DNA from: Candidatus Kaiserbacteria bacterium
GTDB lineage: Bacteria; Patescibacteriota; Minisyncoccia; Phycocordibacterales; UBA2100
NCBI GenBank assembly: GCA_016432285.1
Contig: CP066682.1
Coordinates: forward strand, 118,434-182,433
Direction: 5' to 3'
DNA: 64,000 bases
Shown one piece after another: positions 47,747 through 57,815 of this stretch. Below the pieces are notes generated by a model that saw only the letters and a program-made list of their open reading frames with translations, was not told where the DNA came from and made no database searches. The first letter of the stretch is position 1, and the number at the start of each line of letters is the position of its first letter. Made by a program: the position numbers and the translations under genes.

Positions 47747-48493
47747 GTGAAATCCATCGTCGTTGCGAATTGGAAAATGAATCCGCCGACGATGCGCGAG
47801 GCGAAACAACTCTTCGATGCCACGCGAAAGGCCGCCGAGCAGGGCAAAAACTTCCAGCTCGTCGTGGCGCCTCCCGCGATCTTTCTCCGGGAGCTCACGG
47901 CCGCCTACAAGGGCAAGCGAATCTCGTTTGCGACACAGAATGCGCATGCGGAAGCAAAAGGCGCCTTCACGGGCGCCACCTCTTTGGCGCAGGCCAAGGA
48001 CGCGCGCGCCAGCTTCGCCGTGATCGGCCATTCGGAAAAACGCGCGCGCGGCACGAATAATGACGACACGCGCCGGCAGGTCGCAGCGGCCCTCGCGCTG
48101 AAGCTCACACCGATCCTCTGCGTCGGGGAGCAGCAGCGTGATTCCTCCGCCGAGTTTTTCCCGTTCGTGCGAGAGCAGCTGATCGCCGGATTTTCCGACG
48201 TCCCGGCCACGCAGATTGCAAAAGTGATCGTGGCGTACGAGCCTGTGTGGGTGATCGGCGGCGAGAAGACCATGAACCCGCGGCAGATGCACGAGATGGC
48301 GATTTTCATCCGCAAGACGATCGTGGAGCAGTACGGCGAGAAGGGTCACGCGATCAAAATTTTGTACGGCGGCTCGGTCAACGAAGAGAGCACGCGTCCC
48401 ATGCTGGAAGGAGGCGACGTGGCCGGGCTTCTCGTTGGGCACGTGAGCATCGACGCGCCGCGCTTTGCCGCGCTCCTTGCTACCATCGGCTGA
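47747..48493 (+). CDS. tpiA: Triosephosphate isomerase
   Basis: ANWKMN, GHSE, AYEPVW and LYGGSV motifs. Confidence 0.96.
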   Translation: MKSIVVANWKMNPPTMREAKQLFDATRKAAEQGKNFQLVVAPPAIFLRELTAAYKGKRISFATQNAHAEAKGAFTGATSLAQAKDARASFAVIGHSEKRARGTNNDDTRRQVAAALALKLTPILCVGEQQRDSSAEFFPFVREQLIAGFSDVPATQIAKVIVAYEPVWVIGGEKTMNPRQMHEMAIFIRKTIVEQYGEKGHAIKILYGGSVNEESTRPMLEGGDVAGLLVGHVSIDAPRFAALLATIG

Positions 48494-48498
48494 TTCAC

Positions 48499-49626
48499 AT
48501 GAAGTGCATCGACGAAATACCGGCCGCAGATTTGAAGGGGAAGCGCGTGCTGCTGCGCAGCGATTTCAACGTGCCGATCGGGCGGGACGGAGCGGTGGCC
48601 GACACGTACCGCATACAGCAGGGTTGGCAGACGATCAAGTATCTCTCGGAGAAGGGGGCACGAGTCATCGTGATTTCGCACATCGGGAGGGACCCGGAGG
48701 AGACGCTGGAGCCGGTCGCGCAGGCGATCAAGGCCTTCGGGCCGGTCGTATTCATCGCCGACATCGTGGGGCACGCCGCGCGTGGAGCGGTACAGGCCAT
48801 GCGGGATGGCGATGTGCTTCTCTTAGAAAATCTGCGACGCGATCCGCGCGAGAGTGGCAACGACGAGGGCTTCGCCAAGGAGCTCGCCTCACTCGCGGAA
48901 ATCTACGTCGACGACGCCTTCGCAGCTGTGCACCGCGCGCACGCTTCCATCGCGGGCGTGCCAAAATTCTTGCCGTCGTACGCGGGCTTTCTCTTGCGCG
49001 ACGAAGTGCGCGAAGCGGATGCCGCCCGCGCGCCCCTCTCGCCTTCGTTTGCCATGCTCGGCGGCGCGAAGTTTGAAACGAAAGCGCCGCTCATCAAGTT
49101 GCTTTTGGAAAAATATGACCGCGTGTTCATCACGGGCGCGCTTGCCAACGACGTTTTCAGGGCGCGCGGGCTTCCGACCGGCCGTTCCCTGATCTCCAAG
49201 GAGCTGCCCGGCCCCGACGTGTTGCAGCATCCGCACTTTCTTGCGCCCGTCGACGTGACGGTCGAGTTGCCCGACAAATCGGCACGCGTGAAAAAGCCTG
49301 AGGAGGTGGCAGCGGAGGAGAAGATCGTCGACATCGGGCCCGAGACGGTGAAGCTGCTCGCTCCGCACATCGCCGCAGCGAAGTTCGTACTCTGGAACGG
49401 CCCCACTGGGATTTACGAGGATGGCTATATTTCGTACACCAAAGCTATCGCGGAGCTCGCGGGGCAAAGCGGCGCGAAGATCGTCATCGGCGGGGGAGAC
49501 ACGATCGCCGCGATCGAGGCTGCGGGCGTCGATCTCCGGAAAAAGGCCTTTCTCTCTACGGGCGGGGGCGCGATGCTCGAGTATCTCCTCAAAGGTACGC
49601 TTCCAGGCATTGAGGCATTGGGATAA
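48499..49626 (+). CDS. pgk: Phosphoglycerate kinase
   Basis: DFNVP, LLENLR, HRAHAS, GGGDT and STGGGA motifs. Confidence 0.96.
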   Translation: MKCIDEIPAADLKGKRVLLRSDFNVPIGRDGAVADTYRIQQGWQTIKYLSEKGARVIVISHIGRDPEETLEPVAQAIKAFGPVVFIADIVGHAARGAVQAMRDGDVLLLENLRRDPRESGNDEGFAKELASLAEIYVDDAFAAVHRAHASIAGVPKFLPSYAGFLLRDEVREADAARAPLSPSFAMLGGAKFETKAPLIKLLLEKYDRVFITGALANDVFRARGLPTGRSLISKELPGPDVLQHPHFLAPVDVTVELPDKSARVKKPEEVAAEEKIVDIGPETVKLLAPHIAAAKFVLWNGPTGIYEDGYISYTKAIAELAGQSGAKIVIGGGDTIAAIEAAGVDLRKKAFLSTGGGAMLEYLLKGTLPGIEALG

Positions 49627-49708
49627 TTTCCTGTAACAAACAATAATGAAGGCCGTCTTCATCCACAGCGGCCCGTGCGCCGCTTTAGAAAAGCGTTACT
49701 TTTAATAC

Positions 49709-50983
49709 ATGAACAAAAAACTGATTGCCGGTATTACGCTCGCGACGTTGTTTTCGGTCGGCGCTCTCTCTGTGAGTCCTGCCTCGGCTCTCACCGTCGA
49801 TGAAATACAAACGCAGATAAAAGAGCTCTTCGCGAAAATCGCCGACCTGCAGAAGCTGCTCGCCTCCACAAACGCCACCTCGACCGCTTCCACCGCTGTT
49901 GCTTCAAGTGTGCAGCATCGCGTGTGCGCGATCCTCAATCGCAATCTTGCGCGGAACACCTCGGGCGACGACGTGATGAGCCTCCAGGAGTTTTTGCGCG
50001 ACGAAGGGTATCTCTCGGCAAACGCGACCGGGTACTTCGGCCCCGCCACGGCAGCAGCGGTGGCGAAGTGGCAGTCGGCCGAGGGAATCTCGGCCGTGGG
50101 CTCTATCGGACCTCTGAGCCGCGAGCGCATTAAAATCTGGTGCGGCGCGAAGAGCGATCTTTCGGCTTCTCCCGCGCGCGGCGCCGCTCCGCTTGCCGTC
50201 GAATTTACCTACCAGCCTCAGGGCGAAGAAGGCCAGTACTACATCGACTTCGGCGATGGCGGCGGACAACTGATGGACACGCGGCAGATCTACTGCATCC
50301 GTGCTCCGTGCGTCTCGCCTGCTGTCGCATCGCACACGTACCGCTCACCCGGCACCTACACGGCGACCGTCTCCCGCTACATCGCGTGTCTGCACACGGA
50401 GCCGCGCTGCCTTCTTGCGGAGCCGCCGCCGCTCGCGCGCGCCAAGGTGGTGGTGCTCGATCCGTCTAGCGCCTCCAACAAACCGCCGGTGGTTTCCGGC
50501 TTCTCCGGCCCCACATCGCTCACCTTAAACGAAACCGGCACGTGGACGATCACCGCATCCGATCCTGAAAACGGGCCGCTCTCGTACGCGATTTCCTGGG
50601 GCGATGAGTGGCAGGACAAGGGCGCGACGCGCGTATCAAGCGCGGCGTCGTCGATCCAGCAAGAAACCACCTTCACGCACAGCTACGCGCGTGCCGGCTC
50701 CTACCGTGTAACGGTCGTTGTAACGGACAGCGCAGGCAAAGAGGCAAAAACGAGCTCAAGCGTGCAGGTCTCCAATTCGCAGGTCGCGTGCACACTTGAA
50801 TACAATCCGGTCTGCGGCCGTCCGCCAGGCTGCACCAATACCTGCCCGCCGGGACAATTCTGCACCGCGATCTGTCGCCTGCCGGACCCGGTTACCTACG
50901 GCAATCGCTGCCAGTTGAACGCGGCCAACGCGGAGTTCCTCTACGCAGGCGCCTGCGCTCCGGCACAGAGTTCGTCAAACTAA
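49709..50983 (+). CDS. Secreted protein with peptidoglycan-binding, PKD and Kazal-like domains
   Basis: GDDVMSLQEFL...TGYFGPAT...GPLSR; DFGDG and SWGD; CTLEYNPVCG...TYGNRC. Confidence 0.85.
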   Translation: MNKKLIAGITLATLFSVGALSVSPASALTVDEIQTQIKELFAKIADLQKLLASTNATSTASTAVASSVQHRVCAILNRNLARNTSGDDVMSLQEFLRDEGYLSANATGYFGPATAAAVAKWQSAEGISAVGSIGPLSRERIKIWCGAKSDLSASPARGAAPLAVEFTYQPQGEEGQYYIDFGDGGGQLMDTRQIYCIRAPCVSPAVASHTYRSPGTYTATVSRYIACLHTEPRCLLAEPPPLARAKVVVLDPSSASNKPPVVSGFSGPTSLTLNETGTWTITASDPENGPLSYAISWGDEWQDKGATRVSSAASSIQQETTFTHSYARAGSYRVTVVVTDSAGKEAKTSSSVQVSNSQVACTLEYNPVCGRPPGCTNTCPPGQFCTAICRLPDPVTYGNRCQLNAANAEFLYAGACAPAQSSSN

Positions 50984-51390
50984 CGAAGCGCGCCGACGAT
51001 CTTTCGCTGCGACTCCTCAGCTTCGCTCGCTTCGTATGAGCGCTGCGGCATGAGCTTCAGGCCGTCGCCCTTGAATCGCGGAATGATGTGCACGTGCGGA
51101 TGCGGTACCACCTGCCCGGCGTGTTCGCGGTTGTTCATCGCGATATTGACGCCGTCGGCCTCCATCCCTTTTTCAATCGCGATCGCGAGCAGTCGCACCG
51201 TCTCCGAAACAGCGGCCCAGTCCTCCGGAGCGATGTCAAAGATATTGTGCGAGTGCTTTTTGGGAGCGACGAGCGTGTGCCCGGCGTTGACGGGGTGGAT
51301 GTCGAGGAAGGCGATCGTCCGCTCGTCTTCGTAGACCGTAAATGAAGGAAGTTCTCCTCGGATGATTTTGCAAAAGAGGCAATCGCTCAT
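50980..51390 (-). CDS. HIT family hydrolase
   Basis: CLFCKI, GHTLV and HPHVHIIPR motifs. Confidence 0.94.
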   Translation of the reverse strand: MSDCLFCKIIRGELPSFTVYEDERTIAFLDIHPVNAGHTLVAPKKHSHNIFDIAPEDWAAVSETVRLLAIAIEKGMEADGVNIAMNNREHAGQVVPHPHVHIIPRFKGDGLKLMPQRSYEASEAEESQRKIVGALR

Positions 51391-51412
51391 GGAGGCAGTA
51401 TACAATGGGGCG

Positions 51413-53131
51413 ATGGAAGTTTCCGAGTTTCTACGCACGCTTCTTTCGAAACGCGGCATTGATGAGGAGCATCGCATCGCGGAATTTCTCAATCCTGATT
51501 ACGATCTCCACCTCCACTCACCCTTTACGATCTTCGACATGGAGCGCGCGGTCACGCGGCTCTTGCTCGCGATCCAGCAGAACGAGCGCATCGCCGTATA
51601 TGCCGACTTCGACTGCGACGGCATTCCCGGGGCCGCGGTGCTCTCGGATTTTTTTACGAAAATCGGGCACGAAAATTTTGAAGTGTACCTCCCACACCGC
51701 GACCGAGAGGGGTACGGCTTTCACGCGGAGGCGCTCGCGGCGCTCGCGGCGCGCGGTGTTTCGCTCATCATCACCGTCGACGTCGGCACCAACGCCGCGG
51801 CGGAAGTGGAAGTCGCAAAAAAGCTGGGTGTCGACGTGATCGTTACCGATCACCACGAGGTTACCGGCGTGCTGCCGGACTGTGTCGCCGTTTTGAATCC
51901 AAAGCTCGGCGAGTACCCCTTCCGCGACCTGTGCGGGGCGGCGGTCGCGTGGAAGCTCGTGCAGGCAGCGCTTGTCGAGGGGCGGCAGCGGGGCATTCCT
52001 TCCTTTACGCAGGTGGCCGACGGCTGGGAGAAGTGGCTTTTGGATCTCGTGGCGATCGCGACGGTCGCCGATCTCGTACCGCTTGTCGGCGAGAATCGCG
52101 TACTCGCGCACTGGGGTCTCCGGGTGCTGCGCAAGTCCCCCCGGCTCGGCCTCCAGGCACTCTGCAACAGCGCCCGCGTGAAGCGAGCGGATATTTTGGA
52201 AGACGACATCGCCTTTTCGATCGCGCCGCGCATCAACGCCGCCTCGCGCATGGACGAGCCCGACGCCGCTTTCCGGCTCCTCACCACGCGCAAGCGGGAT
52301 GAGGCGGAAAAAATCGCTGCGCATCTTGAGGATTTGAACGCGAAACGGAAGGGAATCGTGGCCGGCATCGTGCGGCAGGCGAAAAAAAGCGTGAAGCAGC
52401 GTTTTTCCGAGAACGATCAGGTGATAGTGGTTGGAAACCCGGAGTGGAAGCCCGCACTTTTGGGCCTTGCCGCCAATTCCATCATGGAGGAGCGGGGTGG
52501 GCTCGTGTGCGTGTGGGGGCGCGACGCAAAGGGTCGCATCAAGGGCTCGTGCCGCTCCGACGGCAGCGTCTCAGTCGTCGACTGTTTTGCGGCCGCGGAC
52601 GAGGCGTTCGTCGAGTACGGAGGGCATCGCCAGAGCGGCGGCTTTACCTTGCGAGAGGGAAGCGTGCACACGCTGCCGGAGACTCTCGCGAAAGCGGCGG
52701 CGGATTCGGGCGCCGTTGCAATCGAACCGAAATCCTTTGCGGCCGACGCGATCCTCGCGCTCTCGGAAATCTCGTGGTCGCTCTACGAAGATCTTTCGCG
52801 CATGGGGCCCTTTGGCATCGGCAATCAAAAGCCGATTTTTCTCGTCGCCGACGGGATCGTGACGGAAGTCCGGCGTTTCGGCAAGGAGAAAAATCATGTG
52901 GAGCTCATGCTGGAGTGCCGCAAGACAGGCTCGCGGGCGCGGGCGTTCCAATTTTTCCGCTCGCCGGAGCAGTTTACGCTGCCGCCCACGCAAGGACTCC
53001 CAGTGGGAGTAACGGCGAGCCTCGAGCGCGATTCGTACCGTGGCGGACTCACCCTGCGGCTCGTCGACGTGCTTCAATCAAACGCAATACACAGTGAGGA
53101 GGCGCAAGAGCGCGCCGGCATGGTAGGCTAA
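51413..53131 (+). CDS. recJ: Single-stranded DNA exonuclease RecJ
   Basis: DFDCDG, TDHH, PRINAASR, GSCRS and GGH motifs. Confidence 0.95.
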   Translation: MEVSEFLRTLLSKRGIDEEHRIAEFLNPDYDLHLHSPFTIFDMERAVTRLLLAIQQNERIAVYADFDCDGIPGAAVLSDFFTKIGHENFEVYLPHRDREGYGFHAEALAALAARGVSLIITVDVGTNAAAEVEVAKKLGVDVIVTDHHEVTGVLPDCVAVLNPKLGEYPFRDLCGAAVAWKLVQAALVEGRQRGIPSFTQVADGWEKWLLDLVAIATVADLVPLVGENRVLAHWGLRVLRKSPRLGLQALCNSARVKRADILEDDIAFSIAPRINAASRMDEPDAAFRLLTTRKRDEAEKIAAHLEDLNAKRKGIVAGIVRQAKKSVKQRFSENDQVIVVGNPEWKPALLGLAANSIMEERGGLVCVWGRDAKGRIKGSCRSDGSVSVVDCFAAADEAFVEYGGHRQSGGFTLREGSVHTLPETLAKAAADSGAVAIEPKSFAADAILALSEISWSLYEDLSRMGPFGIGNQKPIFLVADGIVTEVRRFGKEKNHVELMLECRKTGSRARAFQFFRSPEQFTLPPTQGLPVGVTASLERDSYRGGLTLRLVDVLQSNAIHSEEAQERAGMVG

Positions 53132-53136
53132 GTTTC

Positions 53137-53766
53137 ATGCAGGGCTTCAGGAACACCGAAGCGATCAAGACAGCGTGGGAGATTTTCAAAAAGAAGCCGT
53201 GGGTGCTCGCGGGCGGACTCCTTCTCACCACAGTCATCAGCTGGCTCCTCGGCGCCTTCGGAGAGCAGATGCGGGGAGATCCGACCGCGTCGCTCTTTTT
53301 CACGCTTGTGAGCTTCGTGGTCAATCTTTTCATCGGCATGGGGATGACCGCGTTTTTCATCAAGGCGCACGATTCTATTGAAAGTGTTTCGATCAACGAC
53401 CTCTGGCACCCGGCGGACTTTTGGAAATATCTTGGCGCCGCCGTCTTGTACGGACTCATGGCGGCCGTGGGCTTCGTGCTCCTCATCATCCCCGGAGTCA
53501 TCGTCGTGCTCACATTCCAGTTTGCGCAGTATTTCGTCATCGACAAAGGCCTCGGCCCGATTGAGGCGCTGAAAGAAAGCGCGCGCATCACCAAGGGGCA
53601 CAAGTGGGAGCTCCTCGGGCTCTTCGCCTTCATCCTCGGTATCAACATCCTCGGCTTTCTCGCGCTCGTCGTGGGGCTCCTCGTATCGGTGCCGGTGACG
53701 GCGCTTTCCATCGTCTACGCCTACCGCACGCTCGAGAAGCTCGCCGCTTCTGCTGCGTCGGCATGA
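53137..53766 (+). CDS. Integral membrane protein (DUF975-like)
   Basis: LLIIPGV and ALKESARITKG motifs. Confidence 0.8.
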   Translation: MQGFRNTEAIKTAWEIFKKKPWVLAGGLLLTTVISWLLGAFGEQMRGDPTASLFFTLVSFVVNLFIGMGMTAFFIKAHDSIESVSINDLWHPADFWKYLGAAVLYGLMAAVGFVLLIIPGVIVVLTFQFAQYFVIDKGLGPIEALKESARITKGHKWELLGLFAFILGINILGFLALVVGLLVSVPVTALSIVYAYRTLEKLAASAASA

Positions 53767-54599
53767 GCGATCTCGCGCGTCCGATCGCCATTCTTTTTGC
53801 AGGCGCAGGGATCGCCTTCCTTTTTTTCATGGGCGGCGTCCAGTGGTACGGCAACTGGTATCAGCGCTGGAGCACGATGCTGCCCCCGATTTCGGATGGC
53901 CTTTGTTCGATCGCCGTCATACCGATCCAGGGAGAGATCGTGCCGTACGACGGCTTTTACGACGAAACAGAATACTCCGCCGTTGCTACCTCGGGCGATT
54001 TTGTGGAGCGCTACCTCAAAGAGGCCGAGGCCGATCCGAATATCTTCGGTGTCGTCGTCGAGATCGACTCCGGCGGCGGGTACGGCGCCGCATCGATGCA
54101 GATAATGAACGCCATCAAAAATGTGTCGATCCCGGTCGTCGCCTACGTGCGGGAGGTCGGCGCCTCCGGCGCGTACCTCGCCGCCACCGCGGCGGATTCG
54201 ATCATCGCGTCTCCTTTCGCGACGGTGGGCTCGATCGGCGTCACCTATTCCTACGTCGACAACGTGCAGAAAAACAAAAACGAGGGACTGAATTTCGTCG
54301 AGCTCGCCTCGGGCCCTTATAAAGACACCGGCAATCCCAACAAGCCCCTGAGCGAAGCGGAGCGCAGGCTCTTCGAGCGCGATCTTGAGATTTTTGCCGA
54401 CGTCTTCATCGAAGCGGTCGCGCGCAATCGCGCGCTTGCCGAGGGCGAGGTGCGTGCCATGGCCGACGGCTCCGCCATGCCTGCATCGCTCGCGCTTGAG
54501 CAAAAGCTCATCGACGCCGTCGGCTCCGAAGACGAGGTGCGTGCGTGGTTTGCGGCTTCACTCGAGCGTGACCTTGAGAGCATCATTTTGTGCAAATAA
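53763..54599 (+). CDS. S49-family signal peptide peptidase (SppA-like)
   Basis: IDSGGG, GASGAY, VGSIGV and GPYKD motifs. Confidence 0.9.
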   Translation: MSDLARPIAILFAGAGIAFLFFMGGVQWYGNWYQRWSTMLPPISDGLCSIAVIPIQGEIVPYDGFYDETEYSAVATSGDFVERYLKEAEADPNIFGVVVEIDSGGGYGAASMQIMNAIKNVSIPVVAYVREVGASGAYLAATAADSIIASPFATVGSIGVTYSYVDNVQKNKNEGLNFVELASGPYKDTGNPNKPLSEAERRLFERDLEIFADVFIEAVARNRALAEGEVRAMADGSAMPASLALEQKLIDAVGSEDEVRAWFAASLERDLESIILCK

Positions 54600-54601
54600 T
54601 C

Positions 54602-55018
54602 ATGGCAGAGATCGTCATCTACACCGACGGCGGGGCGCGGGGAAACCCGGGGAAGGCGGGCGCAGGCGCGCTCTTGATCGACGGCGCGAAAAAAATTGAG
54701 ATCAAAAAATATCTCGGCGATGGGCGCACGAACAACTGGGCCGAGTATGAGGCAGTGATCCTCGCGCTCACCGAGGCGAAAAAACGCGGTCTCTCGGAGC
54801 GCGAGATCGAGGTGCGTATGGACAGCGAGCTGATTCAGCGGCAGCTCACCGATGTGTACCAGATCAAAGAGGAGACGCTCTGGCCGCAGTACATGAAAGT
54901 ACACAACCTGATCGTGGCCCATTTCCCGCGGATCTCCTTCGTGCATGTGCCGCGTGCCGAGAACGCGGAAGCCGACCGGCTCGTCAACGAGGCGATCGAC
55001 GAAGCCGCGCAAGCGTGA
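54602..55018 (+). CDS. rnhA: Ribonuclease HI
   Basis: YTDGGARGNPG, TNNWAEY, DSEL and ADRLVN motifs. Confidence 0.93.
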   Translation: MAEIVIYTDGGARGNPGKAGAGALLIDGAKKIEIKKYLGDGRTNNWAEYEAVILALTEAKKRGLSEREIEVRMDSELIQRQLTDVYQIKEETLWPQYMKVHNLIVAHFPRISFVHVPRAENAEADRLVNEAIDEAAQA

Positions 55019-55036
55019 TGCGGGTATAATCCTCGT

Positions 55037-55420
55037 ATGACAGATGATCTCAAGGTGATACAAACGCAGACGCCCGAAAATGTGCCGCCCCGCCAACCGA
55101 CGATCCTCGCGGCGCCCGAACGCGCGTTTGCCGGATTCGTGCAGTTCATCAGGGAGCGCGGCGTCATGGGGCTCGCAATCGGTTTCGTGCTCGGCTCCTC
55201 GGTGCAGAAGGTCGTCACGGCGCTCGTTACCGACATCATCAACCCGCTGATCGGGCTCCTCACGGGGGAGGGCGACAAAAACTTTTCGCAATTCACCGTC
55301 GGCCCCTTCCTCGTAGGCGATTTTATTTCGGTACTCATCGATTTTTTGATTCTCGCTGCGGTCGTCTACTTCGTGTTCAAGAGCTTGAAGCTCGAACAGC
55401 TCGATAAGCCGAAAGAATGA
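55037..55420 (+). CDS. mscL: Large-conductance mechanosensitive channel
   Basis: GLAIGFVLG, LVTDIINPLIG and GDFISVLIDF motifs. Confidence 0.9.
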   Translation: MTDDLKVIQTQTPENVPPRQPTILAAPERAFAGFVQFIRERGVMGLAIGFVLGSSVQKVVTALVTDIINPLIGLLTGEGDKNFSQFTVGPFLVGDFISVLIDFLILAAVVYFVFKSLKLEQLDKPKE

Positions 55421-56928
55421 GCGCCCGAGTGCTCTACGGGCTCTCCGGCGGTTTTCTCTTTGGTGTTTTTGTCGGCAGTTTCGACGCAGACCTGGCGCTC
55501 GCTGCGTTCCTTCTTGTGCTTGCCGCGGCCGCATTCGCGGTCGCGCGTTTCGGGGCGCTCCGGCACGAAGCGGCCGTGCTCGCGTGCGTGGTCCTCGTCG
55601 CCATGGCGGGCGGCGTGGTGCGTGTGGGCGCGGCCGCGGAGCCCCCTGATCCACAACTTTCCGAGGCAGTCGGATCGCGCGTAACGGTTGAGGGTGTCGT
55701 GTTTGCCGAGCCGGACATGCGCGAAAGCAGTATCCGCCTCTACGTGCAAACCGACACGCTGGTATATCAAAGTGCGACGACGAGCATCGAAACTGGCATT
55801 CTCGTGATCGCTCCCCTTGGGAGCGATGTGTCGTATGGCGATCGCGTACGAGCCGGTGGGAAGCTCACGTTGCCCGAAGTCTTTGATGCGGGCGCGGGAC
55901 GAGAGTTCGACTATCCGATGTATCTCAAGAAGGACGGTATCACGCATGAACTCAGCTTTGCGGAGGTGGAGAAAATCGGAGCGGGCGGCCGGAATCCTCT
56001 GAAGGCGGCGGCGATCTTCCTGAAGCGCGTCTATCTTGACGGTCTCCACGCTGCTTTGCCGGAGCCACAGGCGGGGCTCGCTGCGGGCATTACCGTGGGC
56101 GACAAGCGCGGCGTCGGGCCAGAGCTTTCCGACACTTTCCGCGCAGTGGGCCTCACGCACATCATCGTGCTCTCCGGATACAACATCATGATTGTGATCG
56201 ACTATCTTTCTCGCGCGCTTGCGCGATTCGCGCTCCCGCGCTTTGTGCACCTTAGCCTCAGCATCTTCACCGCATTTCTCTTTTCGGCATTTACGGGTTT
56301 CGCGTCGGCCTCGGTGCGCGCCGGTTCGATGGCGGGGATCGCAGTCGCAGCTCGCATGGCGGGCCGTCTCTACATCGCGTCGCGCGCGCTCGCGGTGGTG
56401 GCCGCGCTTATGGTGCTGTGGAATCCGCTCGTGCTTCGGTACGACCCGGGCTTCCAGCTCTCCGCTCTCGCCACGTTCGGCCTCGTTTTTTTCACGCCGA
56501 TCATGATCAGGAAACTCTCGTTCCTCACCTATCGATTCGGCGTGCGGGAAATCGCCGCCACCACCCTCGCCACGCAAATCACGGTGCTTCCGCTTCTCCT
56601 TTTTGAAAACGGGCAGCTTCCGGTGTACTCTCTTTTCGCGAATCTTTTCGCGCTCATTGCGGTGCCGCTCGCCATGCTCTTTTCGGCGATGACGGCGCTT
56701 GCGGGGCTCCTCTTTGGCGGCTTCGCCGCTTTTGTCGGGCTCCCCGCGTATGCGCTCCTCTCGTACATCGTCGGCATCGCGCAGTTTTTCGCATCGCTCC
56801 CCTTTGCATCCATCACGTTGCCTGCTTTCAGTCCGGTGTGGCTTGTTCTCATCTACGGGGGAGTGATACTATTCGTACTGAAATATGGACGAACTCAAAC
56901 CGAAGAAGGAGAGAAAGCTCATGGATGA
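55417..56928 (+). CDS. comEC: ComEC/Rec2 competence membrane protein (OB-fold plus Competence domain)
   Basis: GLTHIIVLSGYN, SVRAGSM and DPGFQLS motifs. Confidence 0.92.
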   Translation: MSARVLYGLSGGFLFGVFVGSFDADLALAAFLLVLAAAAFAVARFGALRHEAAVLACVVLVAMAGGVVRVGAAAEPPDPQLSEAVGSRVTVEGVVFAEPDMRESSIRLYVQTDTLVYQSATTSIETGILVIAPLGSDVSYGDRVRAGGKLTLPEVFDAGAGREFDYPMYLKKDGITHELSFAEVEKIGAGGRNPLKAAAIFLKRVYLDGLHAALPEPQAGLAAGITVGDKRGVGPELSDTFRAVGLTHIIVLSGYNIMIVIDYLSRALARFALPRFVHLSLSIFTAFLFSAFTGFASASVRAGSMAGIAVAARMAGRLYIASRALAVVAALMVLWNPLVLRYDPGFQLSALATFGLVFFTPIMIRKLSFLTYRFGVREIAATTLATQITVLPLLLFENGQLPVYSLFANLFALIAVPLAMLFSAMTALAGLLFGGFAAFVGLPAYALLSYIVGIAQFFASLPFASITLPAFSPVWLVLIYGGVILFVLKYGRTQTEEGEKAHG

Positions 56929-57136
56929 GACGACCGCAGAGGAGCTGCGAGCAGAGGCGACTGCAAAGCATCCCATCGCGGGAACCAAAAACTTCCGTGA
57001 TGTGGACGATCGCAAAGTTGACCACGCCTTTATGAAGCCGCAATCGCTTCTCGCTCACGACAACCTCGAAGCTGATACCGAAGTCGACAAGGACTCGGCC
57101 GAACAGGGGCGGAGCGCAGACGGCAGCTTCCGGTAA
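56885..57136 (+). CDS. Hypothetical acidic protein
   Basis: Short ORF followed by a terminator at ~57154-57184. Confidence 0.5.
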   Translation: MDELKPKKERKLMDETTAEELRAEATAKHPIAGTKNFRDVDDRKVDHAFMKPQSLLAHDNLEADTEVDKDSAEQGRSADGSFR

Positions 57137-57185
57137 GGGATCGAAATGAATTGAAAAAGGCGCGGCCCGCGAGCCGCGCTTTTTG

Positions 57186-57782
57186 TTACTGAAGCGCGTC
57201 GAAGCGCTTTTCGATCATGCTCCAATTGAGGTTCTTGAAGAAAGCGTCCACGTATGTGCCTTTGCCCGTCGCGCCGTAGTCGAGGAGGAAGGCGTGCTCC
57301 CACACATCGAGCGCGAGGATGATGGGTAGCGTCGCGAAGTGTCCTTGGTGCTGCTCGCCGGTGAATCCCGTGAGGAACTGTTTGCTCTCCGGATCCCAGT
57401 AGAGCATGGCCCAGCCGGGGCCGCGCATCGCGGCGATCGCTTTCATCATTTCGATCAACCACTCGGGCTTGTGGTATTCCTTTACGATCGCTTCGTAGAA
57501 AGCGCCGCTCGTGGGGACCGGTGTCGGTCCGCCCTCAAACTGCGGGAAGTAGTGCTCGTGGAGCCGCATGCCGCCGAATTCGAACGAGCGGCGACGGATA
57601 ATCTCCGCGAGCGGGTGCATATTTTTCTCCGGATCTTTCGCGAGCTCCGGCAAAAGATTCGAGAGTGCGTTGAAATTTTTTACGTAGCCTTCGTAGAGCG
57701 CGAGATGCTGCTTTACCGACTCGTCGGAGATTCCGTCGAGCGAGGGGAGGTTGAATCTTTTCGCCTCAAACATACGCCGCAC
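57186..57782 (-). CDS. Fe/Mn superoxide dismutase family protein
   Basis: QHLALYEGYV, LHEHYF and LDVWEHA motifs. Confidence 0.92.
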   Translation of the reverse strand: MRRMFEAKRFNLPSLDGISDESVKQHLALYEGYVKNFNALSNLLPELAKDPEKNMHPLAEIIRRRSFEFGGMRLHEHYFPQFEGGPTPVPTSGAFYEAIVKEYHKPEWLIEMMKAIAAMRGPGWAMLYWDPESKQFLTGFTGEQHQGHFATLPIILALDVWEHAFLLDYGATGKGTYVDAFFKNLNWSMIEKRFDALQ

Positions 57783-57815
57783 AGTATACCGTATTCATGA
57801 AGGTACAATGACCCG

